A stretch of 64,000 nucleotides of DNA from a virus, in the IMG/VR virus record IMGVR_UViG_3300037225_000138, positions 3,416 to 67,415 of that record; one strand, given 5' to 3'. Made by a program: the position numbers and the translations under genes. Shown piece after piece: positions 10,422 to 18,295 of this stretch; positions within the stretch are counted from its first letter, which is position 1, and each line of letters starts with the position of its first letter. The notes under the pieces are model-generated. The model did not search any database and was not told the origin of the DNA. It was given only the letters and a program-made list of their open reading frames with translations.

Positions 10422-11210
10422 ATGAATATGGAAAAGTATAAATTGACTTCCGAAACAATCAATGTCTATGGTAGAATACTTTACCGCATTGAGACACTTA
10501 TTTCTTTCTCTGATATAAACAAGGGGGAAAAGGGTGGTTTTGTCGAGAGTCTTAAAAATCTCGATCAGTCCGGTGATGCATGGGTGTCCGGTGATGCACG
10601 GGTGTACGGTGATGCATGGGTGTCCGGTGATGCATGGGTGTACGGTGATGCATGGGTGTCCGGTGATGCATGGGTGTACGGTAATGCACGGGTGTACGGT
10701 GATGCACGGGTGTACGGTGATGCAAGGGTGTACGGTGATGCAATGGTGTACGGTAATGCATGGGTGTACGGTGATGCACGGGTGTACGGTGATGCACAGG
10801 TGTACGGTAATGCACGGGTGTACGGTGATGCACAGGTGTACGGTAATGCACGGGTGTACGGTAATGCACGGGTGTACGGTGATGCACAGGTGTACGGTAA
10901 TGCATGGGTGTACGGTAATGCACGGGTGTACGGTGATGCACAGGTGTACGGTAATGCACGGGTGTCCGGTAATGCACTGGTGTACGGTGATGCAATACTA
11001 CGATCACAAAAACACAATAATTGCAAAACGTATCTAACCATCGGGCCAGTTGGATCAGATAGATTTATTACCATTGAAAAGGAAGGAGGTATAATCAATG
11101 CCGGATGTTTTTCAGGAACGATCAAAGAGTTTGAAAAAGCAGTAAAAGAGAAATACGGGAATGAAAGCGACTATTATCCGGTAATTAAATTTCTGAAGTC
11201 TTTGAAATAA
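10422..11210 (+). CDS. Phage hexapeptide-repeat (left-handed beta-helix) protein
   Basis: About 23 tandem (V-Y/S-G-D/N-A-x) repeats between the typical N-terminus LYRI...GEKGGFVES and C-terminus GCFSGT. Confidence 0.85.
   Translation: MNMEKYKLTSETINVYGRILYRIETLISFSDINKGEKGGFVESLKNLDQSGDAWVSGDARVYGDAWVSGDAWVYGDAWVSGDAWVYGNARVYGDARVYGDARVYGDAMVYGNAWVYGDARVYGDAQVYGNARVYGDAQVYGNARVYGNARVYGDAQVYGNAWVYGNARVYGDAQVYGNARVSGNALVYGDAILRSQKHNNCKTYLTIGPVGSDRFITIEKEGGIINAGCFSGTIKEFEKAVKEKYGNESDYYPVIKFLKSLK
10570..10995 (+). repeat. 18-bp coding tandem repeat (GTGTACGGTRATGCANNG)n
   Basis: Directly visible; no unique spacers. Confidence 0.95.
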
Positions 11211-11441
11211 TCACTAAAGAAACTAACCATGAATAAAACAGATTATTTAAGACCCAAAACACGAGGCGAATTGCGTGACTATTTGCAATTAGGTATTAAG
11301 TGTGAGGTAGTCGCATCAAATGTAGAAATAACATCTATTTGTTTGGATGGATGGTTGAAATTTAAGGGGCAATATAAAACAAGTCCCTCTGAAAATATAG
11401 GATGGGTTGTTTTTGAGAGAGTAATTTAATCACTAAAGAAA
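11208..11441 (+). repeat. 15-bp direct repeat TAATCACTAAAGAAA flanking a 66-aa ORF
   Basis: Copies at 11208-11222 and 11427-11441, each starting at a stop codon. Confidence 0.9.
11229..11429 (+). CDS. Hypothetical protein
   Basis: 66-aa ORF with an A-rich leader, co-oriented with its neighbours. Confidence 0.6.
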   Translation: MNKTDYLRPKTRGELRDYLQLGIKCEVVASNVEITSICLDGWLKFKGQYKTSPSENIGWVVFERVI

Positions 11442-11443
11442 TA

Positions 11444-11475
11444 TTTGCATAATTGAAATACTTTGTTTATCTTTG
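11444..11475 (+). promoter_or_regulatory. Bacteroidota-type promoter
   Basis: TTTG (11444-47), 20 nt, TATCTTTG (11468-75). Confidence 0.75.
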
Positions 11476-11560
11476 GAATTGGATAGTCAGGAATAAGCTC
11501 CCTGATGAACGAGGAACCGAACGCCTCTTCCAATTCCATTCACGGATAATAAAATGTGAT

Positions 11561-11956
11561 ATGCGAGATGAACTCTTGCGTGTTTTTGCCAGTCAGTTCA
11601 CCCTGCCGGGGAAAGAAAAAATCGTGGAAATACTAAAAAAGAGAGTGCAAAATCTTATAGTATCAGATTTAATTAGTCCTCTTTATTGGGATGACTTTGC
11701 CGATGAACTTCTTGCCTTCCTCCCTGTCGAGGAGAAGAAAGATGATGATGAACCACCAAAGTATCCTACAAGTTACCGGGATTTTACCATGACAGATAAG
11801 GAACCCGCCGAAAGGGTTAAGCTTTCCGATCTTCCGACAGACATGGAAATAAATAAATGGGCAACTTCTTATGCAAAAAGATCAGCTGGCAATAAGATAG
11901 ACTGCATGGTTGGTGCAATGTGGATGCGTGACAGACTAAAGAACAAAAACAAATGA
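11561..11956 (+). CDS. Hypothetical protein
   Basis: Start moved to ATG 11561 because the TTG at 11453 lies inside the promoter and structured leader. Confidence 0.55.
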   Translation: MRDELLRVFASQFTLPGKEKIVEILKKRVQNLIVSDLISPLYWDDFADELLAFLPVEEKKDDDEPPKYPTSYRDFTMTDKEPAERVKLSDLPTDMEINKWATSYAKRSAGNKIDCMVGAMWMRDRLKNKNK

Positions 11957-11985
11957 TTTATATTAATAATTTAAACTTAGAAAAA

Positions 11986-12321
11986 ATGTCAAAAACAGAA
12001 ATTAATGAAGTAGAGATTAACGGCATTCAGTATGTCCGTAAAGATTCATTAAATGTCCCAAAAGAATTTGATGGAGACATTAAAATTGTTGTTCTTCAAA
12101 GAGGGTGGATTTATATTGGTCGTTTTGAAAGAGATGGCAATGACTGTAAGCTCCATAATGCTTATAACATTCGTTCATGGGGTACGACAAAAGGACTCCC
12201 CGAACTTGTAAATGGTGCAACAAAAGATACAAAACTCGACAAGTGTGAGGGTATTGTAGAATTTGATTGGCTAACGGTCGTGCATACTATTACAGTAAAT
12301 GCAAAAAAATGGGTACTGTAA
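11986..12321 (+). CDS. Small phage beta-barrel protein (DUF6948-like), typically paired with a Gly-rich repeat gene
   Basis: IVVLQRGWIYIG...AYNIRSWGTTKGLPEL motif; directly followed by a GDGYG-repeat ORF. Confidence 0.6.
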   Translation: MSKTEINEVEINGIQYVRKDSLNVPKEFDGDIKIVVLQRGWIYIGRFERDGNDCKLHNAYNIRSWGTTKGLPELVNGATKDTKLDKCEGIVEFDWLTVVHTITVNAKKWVL

Positions 12322-12614
12322 GAATTGCGGGTAATTTTGATGATTCTCAGAATACTCACGGCAACGGCTACGGCGACGGCTACGGCTACGGCTACGGCTA
12401 CGGCGACGGCGACGGCTACGGCGACGGCAACGGCTACGGCTACGGCAAAGCCAACGGCAACGGCTACGGCGACGGCAACGGCTACGGCGACGGCAACGGC
12501 TACGGCAACGGCAACGGCTACGGCGACGGCCACGGCCACGGCGACGGCTACGGCTACGGCAACGGCAACGGCTACGGCAACGGCTACGGCTACGGCAACG
12601 GCTACGGCTATTAA
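12309..12614 (+). CDS. Glycine-rich (G-D/N/Y)n repeat protein
   Basis: ATG 12309, MGTVRIAGN..., then GNGYGDG repeats up to TAA 12614. Confidence 0.7.
   Translation: MGTVRIAGNFDDSQNTHGNGYGDGYGYGYGYGDGDGYGDGNGYGYGKANGNGYGDGNGYGDGNGYGNGNGYGDGHGHGDGYGYGNGNGYGNGYGYGNGYGY
12357..12611 (+). repeat. Hexanucleotide (NACGGC)n coding repeat
   Basis: About 42 consecutive units visible. Confidence 0.95.
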
Positions 12615-12797
12615 CGGGACTCAACGGGTAAGTAAGTATTTACGAGGCAATTAGGTTCGAGTTTTGATCAGGCGTTTTATTCTGCAAAGGAATATTTAAT
12701 GACCAATCAGAAAAAAGGACTTACTGTTGGTAATATTTGGTTTTCAATCACTATAAGAAAGTAATTCCCCTCATCGGGACAAATAAAAGACAAAACT

Positions 12798-13121
12798 ATG
12801 ATAAACGAAACTGAAAAATTTGCAGCATGGGCAATTATTGAATTGTTCGGACATAATCAGATTGCCGGTATGTGTACAGAACAGAATATTGCCGGAACGA
12901 ATATGTTACGGGTCGATGTTCCAGAGACAACAGAGCATCCACCGTTCACTCGCTTTTTAGGTAGTGGTGCAATTTATGCTATTAATCCCGTAACGGAAGA
13001 AATTGCAAAACATTGGGCTGAATCATTACAAGTATCTCCGGTTCATGCATGGGATATTCGGCAGTTTATGGAGAAAAACAAATTAGCACTCAATAAAGGC
13101 GAAGAAGATTTACCTATTTAG
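12798..13121 (+). CDS. Conserved phage hypothetical protein
   Basis: WAIIELFGH..IAG...MLRVDVP...AIYAINP pattern, common in phages. Confidence 0.7.
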   Translation: MINETEKFAAWAIIELFGHNQIAGMCTEQNIAGTNMLRVDVPETTEHPPFTRFLGSGAIYAINPVTEEIAKHWAESLQVSPVHAWDIRQFMEKNKLALNKGEEDLPI

Positions 13122-13140
13122 CCCCTCAAAAGCATGAAAG

Positions 13141-13239
13141 ATGACTGCAATTATTATCTTAATCGGATTCCTGGCATTATTGATCGGATATATCGTTTCT
13201 AAAGCAATAATAAATAAAAAAAGAAGACTTAAATTATGA
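13141..13239 (+). CDS. 32-aa single-pass membrane peptide (not in the ORF track)
   Basis: MTAIIILIGFLALLIGYIVSKAIINKKRRLKL; its stop overlaps the next ATG (ATGA). Confidence 0.55.
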   Translation: MTAIIILIGFLALLIGYIVSKAIINKKRRLKL

Positions 13240-13493
13240 CAACATTAGGGAATAGTGTTTTAATACTTCCGGACAAGTTACCTGAGAAAACAAGGAATGG
13301 TGTTCTTGTAATACCACAGAACTCAAAAGAGATGCTTCCGGGAGAGGGGGTAGTTATACAAGTGGGTCCCGCATGTGAGCAAGTGAAAGCGGGTAACCAT
13401 GTCAAGTTCAATCGCAAGCCGGCATCGGTCATCATCATTGATGAGATAGAGCATTATTTAGTTGAAGAACATAATATTTTATACCATGAATAA
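13236..13493 (+). CDS. GroES-like co-chaperonin
   Basis: LGNSVLI...EKTRNGVLVIP...GVVIQVGP...VKAG.HV.F, a Cpn10 pattern. Confidence 0.85.
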   Translation: MTTLGNSVLILPDKLPEKTRNGVLVIPQNSKEMLPGEGVVIQVGPACEQVKAGNHVKFNRKPASVIIIDEIEHYLVEEHNILYHE

Positions 13494-13914
13494 CGTAAAT
13501 GATTTTAAGTATGCCGAACTGTTAAAACAGTATCAGGCAAAAGTTCTTGCACCACAGATCAAAAGAAGGGCAGATGCGCAATCTGACTTCGAGAAAGTAT
13601 CTAAGGGCACAGACAGGGAAGCAATAGAGGTCGCAAAGGCTAAAGTGGGTAATTACGATGCCTGGTTGAAGTTCTACGAACAGTTCTATGACGAGGGATT
13701 AAGGCTATGCACACAGCATGAATCTTTAACAAATAAGATGTCGAAGATTTATGATCGGTGGTACTCTGACATCAGCAACGAGGGGAAACAAGAAATTGAA
13801 TTAATGTCATCCCAGGCAGACCTTCTATGTGAGCTTATGGGGGAACTGTACAAAGAGTTATTACCATTGAACTTACCGGGGATGAAACCTCCGTCACCAT
13901 TAAACATGAAATAA
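13486..13914 (+). CDS. Hypothetical coiled-coil protein
   Basis: ORF in the operon, with an overlapping start. Confidence 0.6.
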   Translation: MNNVNDFKYAELLKQYQAKVLAPQIKRRADAQSDFEKVSKGTDREAIEVAKAKVGNYDAWLKFYEQFYDEGLRLCTQHESLTNKMSKIYDRWYSDISNEGKQEIELMSSQADLLCELMGELYKELLPLNLPGMKPPSPLNMK

Positions 13915-13915
13915 T

Positions 13916-14374
13916 ATGAATGACATCGCAAAAAAATCAGTAGCCGACAGATTCCTTACTGCTATTAAGAAGGAGAATCTTGTTGCAAAAGAGGCAGGAG
14001 CCATAGTCGGTATTCTGCCTGCTTACATCTCAATGATGAAGAACCCTAAATATTGGGCTAATTGTCCTGCCAAAGCATGGGATGCCGTACTGGCATGGGT
14101 AAAAAGTGGCTATACTCTACATGGCTGGAAAACAAAGAAACCGGTAAAAGAGGTTGTGGAGAAAGTTGAAAAACCTGTTCCTCCGAAGGAAGAGGAAATA
14201 TATGAGCCGGAATTTGAGGAAACTCCGATAGCGAAAGAAAAATCCAAAGAGGATGCTATTGATGATAAAAGTCTGGTTCAGATAATCACTTTTCTTAAGA
14301 TGAAAGCAACGGAACATCGGGAACTCGCAGATGCCTTTGATAAAGCAGCGAATAGTTTCCTTAATAAAAATTAG
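13916..14374 (+). CDS. Hypothetical protein, possible XRE-like HTH at the N-terminus
   Basis: AKEAGAIVGILPAYISMMKN resembles an HTH. Confidence 0.5.
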   Translation: MNDIAKKSVADRFLTAIKKENLVAKEAGAIVGILPAYISMMKNPKYWANCPAKAWDAVLAWVKSGYTLHGWKTKKPVKEVVEKVEKPVPPKEEEIYEPEFEETPIAKEKSKEDAIDDKSLVQIITFLKMKATEHRELADAFDKAANSFLNKN

Positions 14375-14376
14375 CC

Positions 14377-15480
14377 ATGAGAAGTGATTTAATAATAACA
14401 AGGATACCTCCTCACACTCCTGCTTGGTTTGATTACCGTAGGTCAGGAATAGGAGGAAGTGAGATGAGTACGGTACTCGGCTTGAATAAATACGATACAG
14501 TAACCCGAACTTTTTATGAAAAAATAGGTTCAGTCGAGCCACGGCAAATGGACAATGCGAAGATGTTTTTTGGTCGATATATGGAGGATAACATTGCCGA
14601 ACTCTGGAAATACTACGATGGAACTTCTGAAGGATGGATAGAGAATTACAAGAACAAAAAGATAATTCGTGATTGTAGGGCCGTAAATGGGTTTGTGGTC
14701 AATCCTGCTTATCCGTGGTTATTTGGGTCCTTTGACCGGGTACAAAACATTAAAGGTGGTATTAACCTTCTTACGGGAGAAAAACTAAAGACAGAAGCGG
14801 TGCTTGAAATCAAAACACTTTCTTACTGGAGTTCTCAAATGTGGGCTGATGGGATTCCAATTAGTTATCTGATCCAGATTCATGTTTATATGATAATCCT
14901 TGAGACAAGTTATGCGGAAATAGCCATACTCAAGGATGGAAATATGTTCGAAGTGGAGAAATACACGAGGGATGACAGTCTTTGTCAGAGAATCATTGAC
15001 ATAAGTAAGAGTTTTTGGGAAAATCGTGTTTTACCCGCAAAAGAAGCGTTTTCCAAGAAGCAGGAGGCAGAGAGGGCAGGTAACATCTCTGAGATGGAGA
15101 AATGGGATGCAGAAATAGTTCGTTATGAGCCTGAACCCGATAATTCAGAATCCTACACTGAGTTCATGTCAGAAAGATTCTTGAAAGAGCGTCAATATGT
15201 CGAAGGGAACATCGAACTATACGATCTCTGCAAGAAAGATAAGGTGCTCAATGGCATCAAGGGTATTATTGATGATGAGAGAACAGGGATTAAGAACATC
15301 CTGATAAAAACCTTAACACAAGCCGGAGCCGAACAGATTGACTTCGGCAAGCTGGGGACCGCGGATTGGTCCGAACGCAAGGGAGCCAAGAACAGAACGT
15401 TCAACAATAGAATAAAGGAGAAACCAACGGACGATCAGTTAATGAATGAGTTCAAGAAAATTGATTTAGACTGTTATTAA
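14377..15480 (+). CDS. YqaJ/lambda-type exonuclease
   Basis: WFDYRRSGIGGSE..VLGLNKY, GSFDR, LEIKT and YLIQIHVYM motifs. Confidence 0.9.
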   Translation: MRSDLIITRIPPHTPAWFDYRRSGIGGSEMSTVLGLNKYDTVTRTFYEKIGSVEPRQMDNAKMFFGRYMEDNIAELWKYYDGTSEGWIENYKNKKIIRDCRAVNGFVVNPAYPWLFGSFDRVQNIKGGINLLTGEKLKTEAVLEIKTLSYWSSQMWADGIPISYLIQIHVYMIILETSYAEIAILKDGNMFEVEKYTRDDSLCQRIIDISKSFWENRVLPAKEAFSKKQEAERAGNISEMEKWDAEIVRYEPEPDNSESYTEFMSERFLKERQYVEGNIELYDLCKKDKVLNGIKGIIDDERTGIKNILIKTLTQAGAEQIDFGKLGTADWSERKGAKNRTFNNRIKEKPTDDQLMNEFKKIDLDCY

Positions 15481-15481
15481 A

Positions 15482-15721
15482 ATGAAGAACATAGAAATAG
15501 AATTTGTTATAAACGAGAATCATTTAAAAGTCAATGATATTGTTTTATTCCCCGATAATCAAAGGGTGCTGATTGTTGATAATAATAAAAATGGCATTTA
15601 TTATGAGATTACAGCATATCCTTTTCCTATATCGAAATATTGGATTGTTGCAATGATAAGATTTGCTTGGATAAAAGTAAGATACTCATTGATTAAGTTA
15701 TGGAGAAAGACAGGGTTGTAA
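15482..15721 (+). CDS. Hypothetical protein
   Basis: 79-aa ORF in the operon. Confidence 0.5.
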   Translation: MKNIEIEFVINENHLKVNDIVLFPDNQRVLIVDNNKNGIYYEITAYPFPISKYWIVAMIRFAWIKVRYSLIKLWRKTGL

Positions 15722-16035
15722 ACAAGGTTATCAGGGACATGAAGGCATTTGAGATACTCCAAGAAGGCAAGGAGGGGGAGGCCCGGATATTAGTAAATGC
15801 CGTATGGGTGGCAGCGCACGAACATACAATAAAGGAATTATTGGCACATAATAAAAAAGCAGTCATTCAATTTAATCAGGAGGGGCAAGAGATGGCTTCT
15901 TACCCCTCTATAATAGAAGCTGCATTAGCGAATCATTGTAGCAGGGATGTTGTGGATGATTCAATTACAGGGAGAGTACCATTTACCAGGAAGGGAAAAT
16001 ATTATTTTAGATACGCAGATAATGTCAAGGCTTAA
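15700..16035 (+). CDS. NUMOD1-like DNA-binding domain protein
   Basis: KAVIQFNQEGQEMASYPSIIEAA...YYFRY. Confidence 0.7.
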   Translation: MEKDRVVNKVIRDMKAFEILQEGKEGEARILVNAVWVAAHEHTIKELLAHNKKAVIQFNQEGQEMASYPSIIEAALANHCSRDVVDDSITGRVPFTRKGKYYFRYADNVKA

Positions 16036-16261
16036 AACATACTGTGAGGTCACTATTGATACAGGGGAAGTGGATGATGAGGGCAATGAGATATACCAGA
16101 AGGATTATTACTTTTTGCTTCATTGGGGCATCCGTTATGACATAGTAAGCGACCAGGCAGTGAGTTATACGGTAGGAATCATGCAGAATGTCAAGACAGG
16201 ACAGATCGAACTGCACGAACCTACGTCAATTAGAATTATTGGAAACGAAATAAAAGAGTAA
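16022..16261 (+). CDS. Hypothetical protein
   Basis: ATG 16022; in the operon. Confidence 0.55.
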   Translation: MSRLKTYCEVTIDTGEVDDEGNEIYQKDYYFLLHWGIRYDIVSDQAVSYTVGIMQNVKTGQIELHEPTSIRIIGNEIKE

Positions 16262-16274
16262 GACTACGATAAAA

Positions 16275-16550
16275 ATGCTTAATGATTTTGTAAAAACGCC
16301 AATTCCTGTTACGGAAGCTTTATTGAAATATGAAACATTTGTTGGATCAATACTTGAACCTTGTTGTGGAGATGGCGCTATTGCAAATGTTTTAAAACAG
16401 CAATACATCGTTGATTGTTCAGATAAAATTGATTGGGTTGAAACGAAACTTGGATGGTTGTTTGCTTGGTATATATGGGATAAGGAATATTCTGGCGATG
16501 TTATTGTGAAGAGAATTGATTATAAACAATCTCAAAATAAGTTGTTCTAA
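16275..16550 (+). pseudogene. Internally deleted phage DNA methyltransferase
   Basis: Keeps DF..TP..VTEALL, the SAM motif ILEPCCGDGAI and the C-terminal FAWYIWDK, but lacks the central NPP(F/Y) catalytic region; only 91 aa. Confidence 0.7.
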
Positions 16551-16576
16551 AAAATATAGTAAAAAATAAATTAAGA

Positions 16577-16996
16577 ATGACAGAGATTAAATTAATTGTG
16601 TTGGGTGAGCCTAAAGCACAGGCAAGGCATAGGCATTTTACACGTGGTACGTTTTCGGGTACCTATGATCCTTCAAAAGACAAGAAGGAGACCTTTGCCA
16701 GTATTCTTCAAAGCCAAGCCCCAAAAGAGCCTATTTCTGACCCGATAGCCTTGGAGTTGGTGTTCTACATGTCCAGACCCCGGAATCATTACGGTAGTGG
16801 CAAGAAACAAGGGATTTTAAAGGATTCAGCACCGGAGTATCATTCAGGTCGTCCTGATCTCGATAATTTAACCAAATTTGTGCAGGATAGCTTGAATAAG
16901 ATATTCTATCGGGATGACAGCCTAATATGCCAACTGACAGCAGAAAAGAAATACTCGGAAAATCCGAGAACAGAGATAACTATAACAATAATTTAA
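16577..16996 (+). CDS. rusA: RusA-family Holliday junction resolvase
   Basis: GEPKAQARHR...RPDLDNLTKFVQDSLNKIFYRDDSLI...KKYSENPRTEI. Confidence 0.92.
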   Translation: MTEIKLIVLGEPKAQARHRHFTRGTFSGTYDPSKDKKETFASILQSQAPKEPISDPIALELVFYMSRPRNHYGSGKKQGILKDSAPEYHSGRPDLDNLTKFVQDSLNKIFYRDDSLICQLTAEKKYSENPRTEITITII

Positions 16997-17007
16997 CAAC
17001 TAAAAAC

Positions 17008-17322
17008 ATGTCACAAAACAAGCAAGAACCAAATTTAACTATGTCAGGCAAAGTTCTTTGTCTGGGTATGCCAGAGGATTACCAAGCAAAGAATGGCACG
17101 ACAAAAACAACGAGAATCATCACATTGGAAGTATTTCACGGCGGCACTTATGCTGATGAGATACCTTTTGAGTTTAACCAGGTTAATATGAAGTCCCTCC
17201 AAGACATCAAAGAGGGTGAATGGGTGACAATTAATTTTCAACTCAGATCGAACAAGAGTGTTAAGGATGGCAGAACGAGATACTATCCGAGGCTGGAGGG
17301 ATTAACCTGCATAAAAGGGTAA
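17008..17322 (+). CDS. DUF3127 OB-fold single-stranded DNA-binding protein
   Basis: GKV...NG.....I.L....Y...IPFEF...VTINFQLRS......RYYPRLEG. Confidence 0.75.
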   Translation: MSQNKQEPNLTMSGKVLCLGMPEDYQAKNGTTKTTRIITLEVFHGGTYADEIPFEFNQVNMKSLQDIKEGEWVTINFQLRSNKSVKDGRTRYYPRLEGLTCIKG

Positions 17323-17326
17323 AGAC

Positions 17327-17572
17327 ATGAAAGCAAAAAAGAAAATAGCTATTGATATGAGCTCAATCAGTAGCCTTACGATAGGAGGGCATAAGATTGC
17401 TCCTATGGAGATAATAAATGAAATGGTAAGAACAGGAATACTTTTATACGATGGTAAAAGAGGGAACGCACCCGTTCTCTTGGATGCCAATGCTGATATA
17501 AAGCTCTTTGATAGCAATTCAGAAGAGGGTCGTAAATTTATGGAAGATTTTGCAAAACATCTTAAAGAATAA
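17327..17572 (+). CDS. Hypothetical protein
   Basis: 81-aa ORF in the operon. Confidence 0.55.
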   Translation: MKAKKKIAIDMSSISSLTIGGHKIAPMEIINEMVRTGILLYDGKRGNAPVLLDANADIKLFDSNSEEGRKFMEDFAKHLKE

Positions 17573-17574
17573 TT

Positions 17575-17919
17575 ATGAACGCACAAACAGAAATGGTATT
17601 TCACGACAGTGTGCCATTGGAGGAAGAAAAACTCCCTGAGGCAAGGGCAAAAGCAACCAAGCAGAAGGATATCATATTGGAGATATTCAAAGGGAAACCA
17701 AATTATGCCTGGACTCCTTATGATGTTCTATCAGCCATGGAAAAATATGGCATTCCGATGCTCATTACCTCAATAAGAAGGAGTATTACCGATCTGACAA
17801 AAGAAGGAAAATTGATCAAGTGTGACTATTCAGATCGGAAAGAAGGGAAGTATGGGACCACGAACAGAACGTGGCGATATAACAGCGAATACATTGAACC
17901 TTTAAATCCAAAAAAATGA
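17575..17919 (+). CDS. Winged-helix DNA-binding protein
   Basis: ILEIF....WTPYDV....ITSIRRSITDLTKEGKLIK...GKYG. Confidence 0.7.
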   Translation: MNAQTEMVFHDSVPLEEEKLPEARAKATKQKDIILEIFKGKPNYAWTPYDVLSAMEKYGIPMLITSIRRSITDLTKEGKLIKCDYSDRKEGKYGTTNRTWRYNSEYIEPLNPKK

Positions 17920-18290
17920 AAATATTAAGTTGGTTATTTAAGAACAAACCTCCTTATAATGTAGGAGATAAAGTATGTTTAGATAAATGGAAGGTTTTAG
18001 ATTTCCCTGAATTTGTCAAATGGTATGGATTCTCTAATCACGTAGTTAACAAGATAAAGAGAGGTCCATTAAAGGCAGGTGGATGGCTTGTTTATCTTGA
18101 TAGAGATAATATTTGTGGATTATATTCTAATTATTTTAAGTTCTCGTGCAGAAAGGATACCCTATCAGAAGAAAAAAGAGGGGAGGGAAGTTATTTTGAT
18201 AAACGATTATTCCGTTTTATTGTGCCTCGCAGTATGGATGGATGTGATGAGGAAATTTCAGATTTAATTAAACCATTAAATAAAAAATAG
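17916..18290 (+). CDS. Hypothetical protein
   Basis: 124-aa ORF with an ATGA overlap. Confidence 0.5.
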   Translation: MKILSWLFKNKPPYNVGDKVCLDKWKVLDFPEFVKWYGFSNHVVNKIKRGPLKAGGWLVYLDRDNICGLYSNYFKFSCRKDTLSEEKRGEGSYFDKRLFRFIVPRSMDGCDEEISDLIKPLNKK

Positions 18291-18295
18291 AAAAC

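Noticed and set aside
10570-10995. CRISPR array
   Set aside because: 18-bp units abut without unique spacers and encode in-frame hexapeptide repeats.
10534-11125. Alternative-frame repeat ORFs (VMHGCT, HRTPV, SPYT)
   Set aside because: Shadows of the stop-free tandem repeat.
11500-11530. Hammerhead ribozyme (CTGATGA)
   Set aside because: No downstream GAAA core, and CCTGA is paired with TCAGG.
12162-12654. Poly-TA, poly-VA and poly-RS ORFs
   Set aside because: Other frames of the NACGGC repeat; the Gly-rich frame has an ATG start and matches a known type of phage gene.
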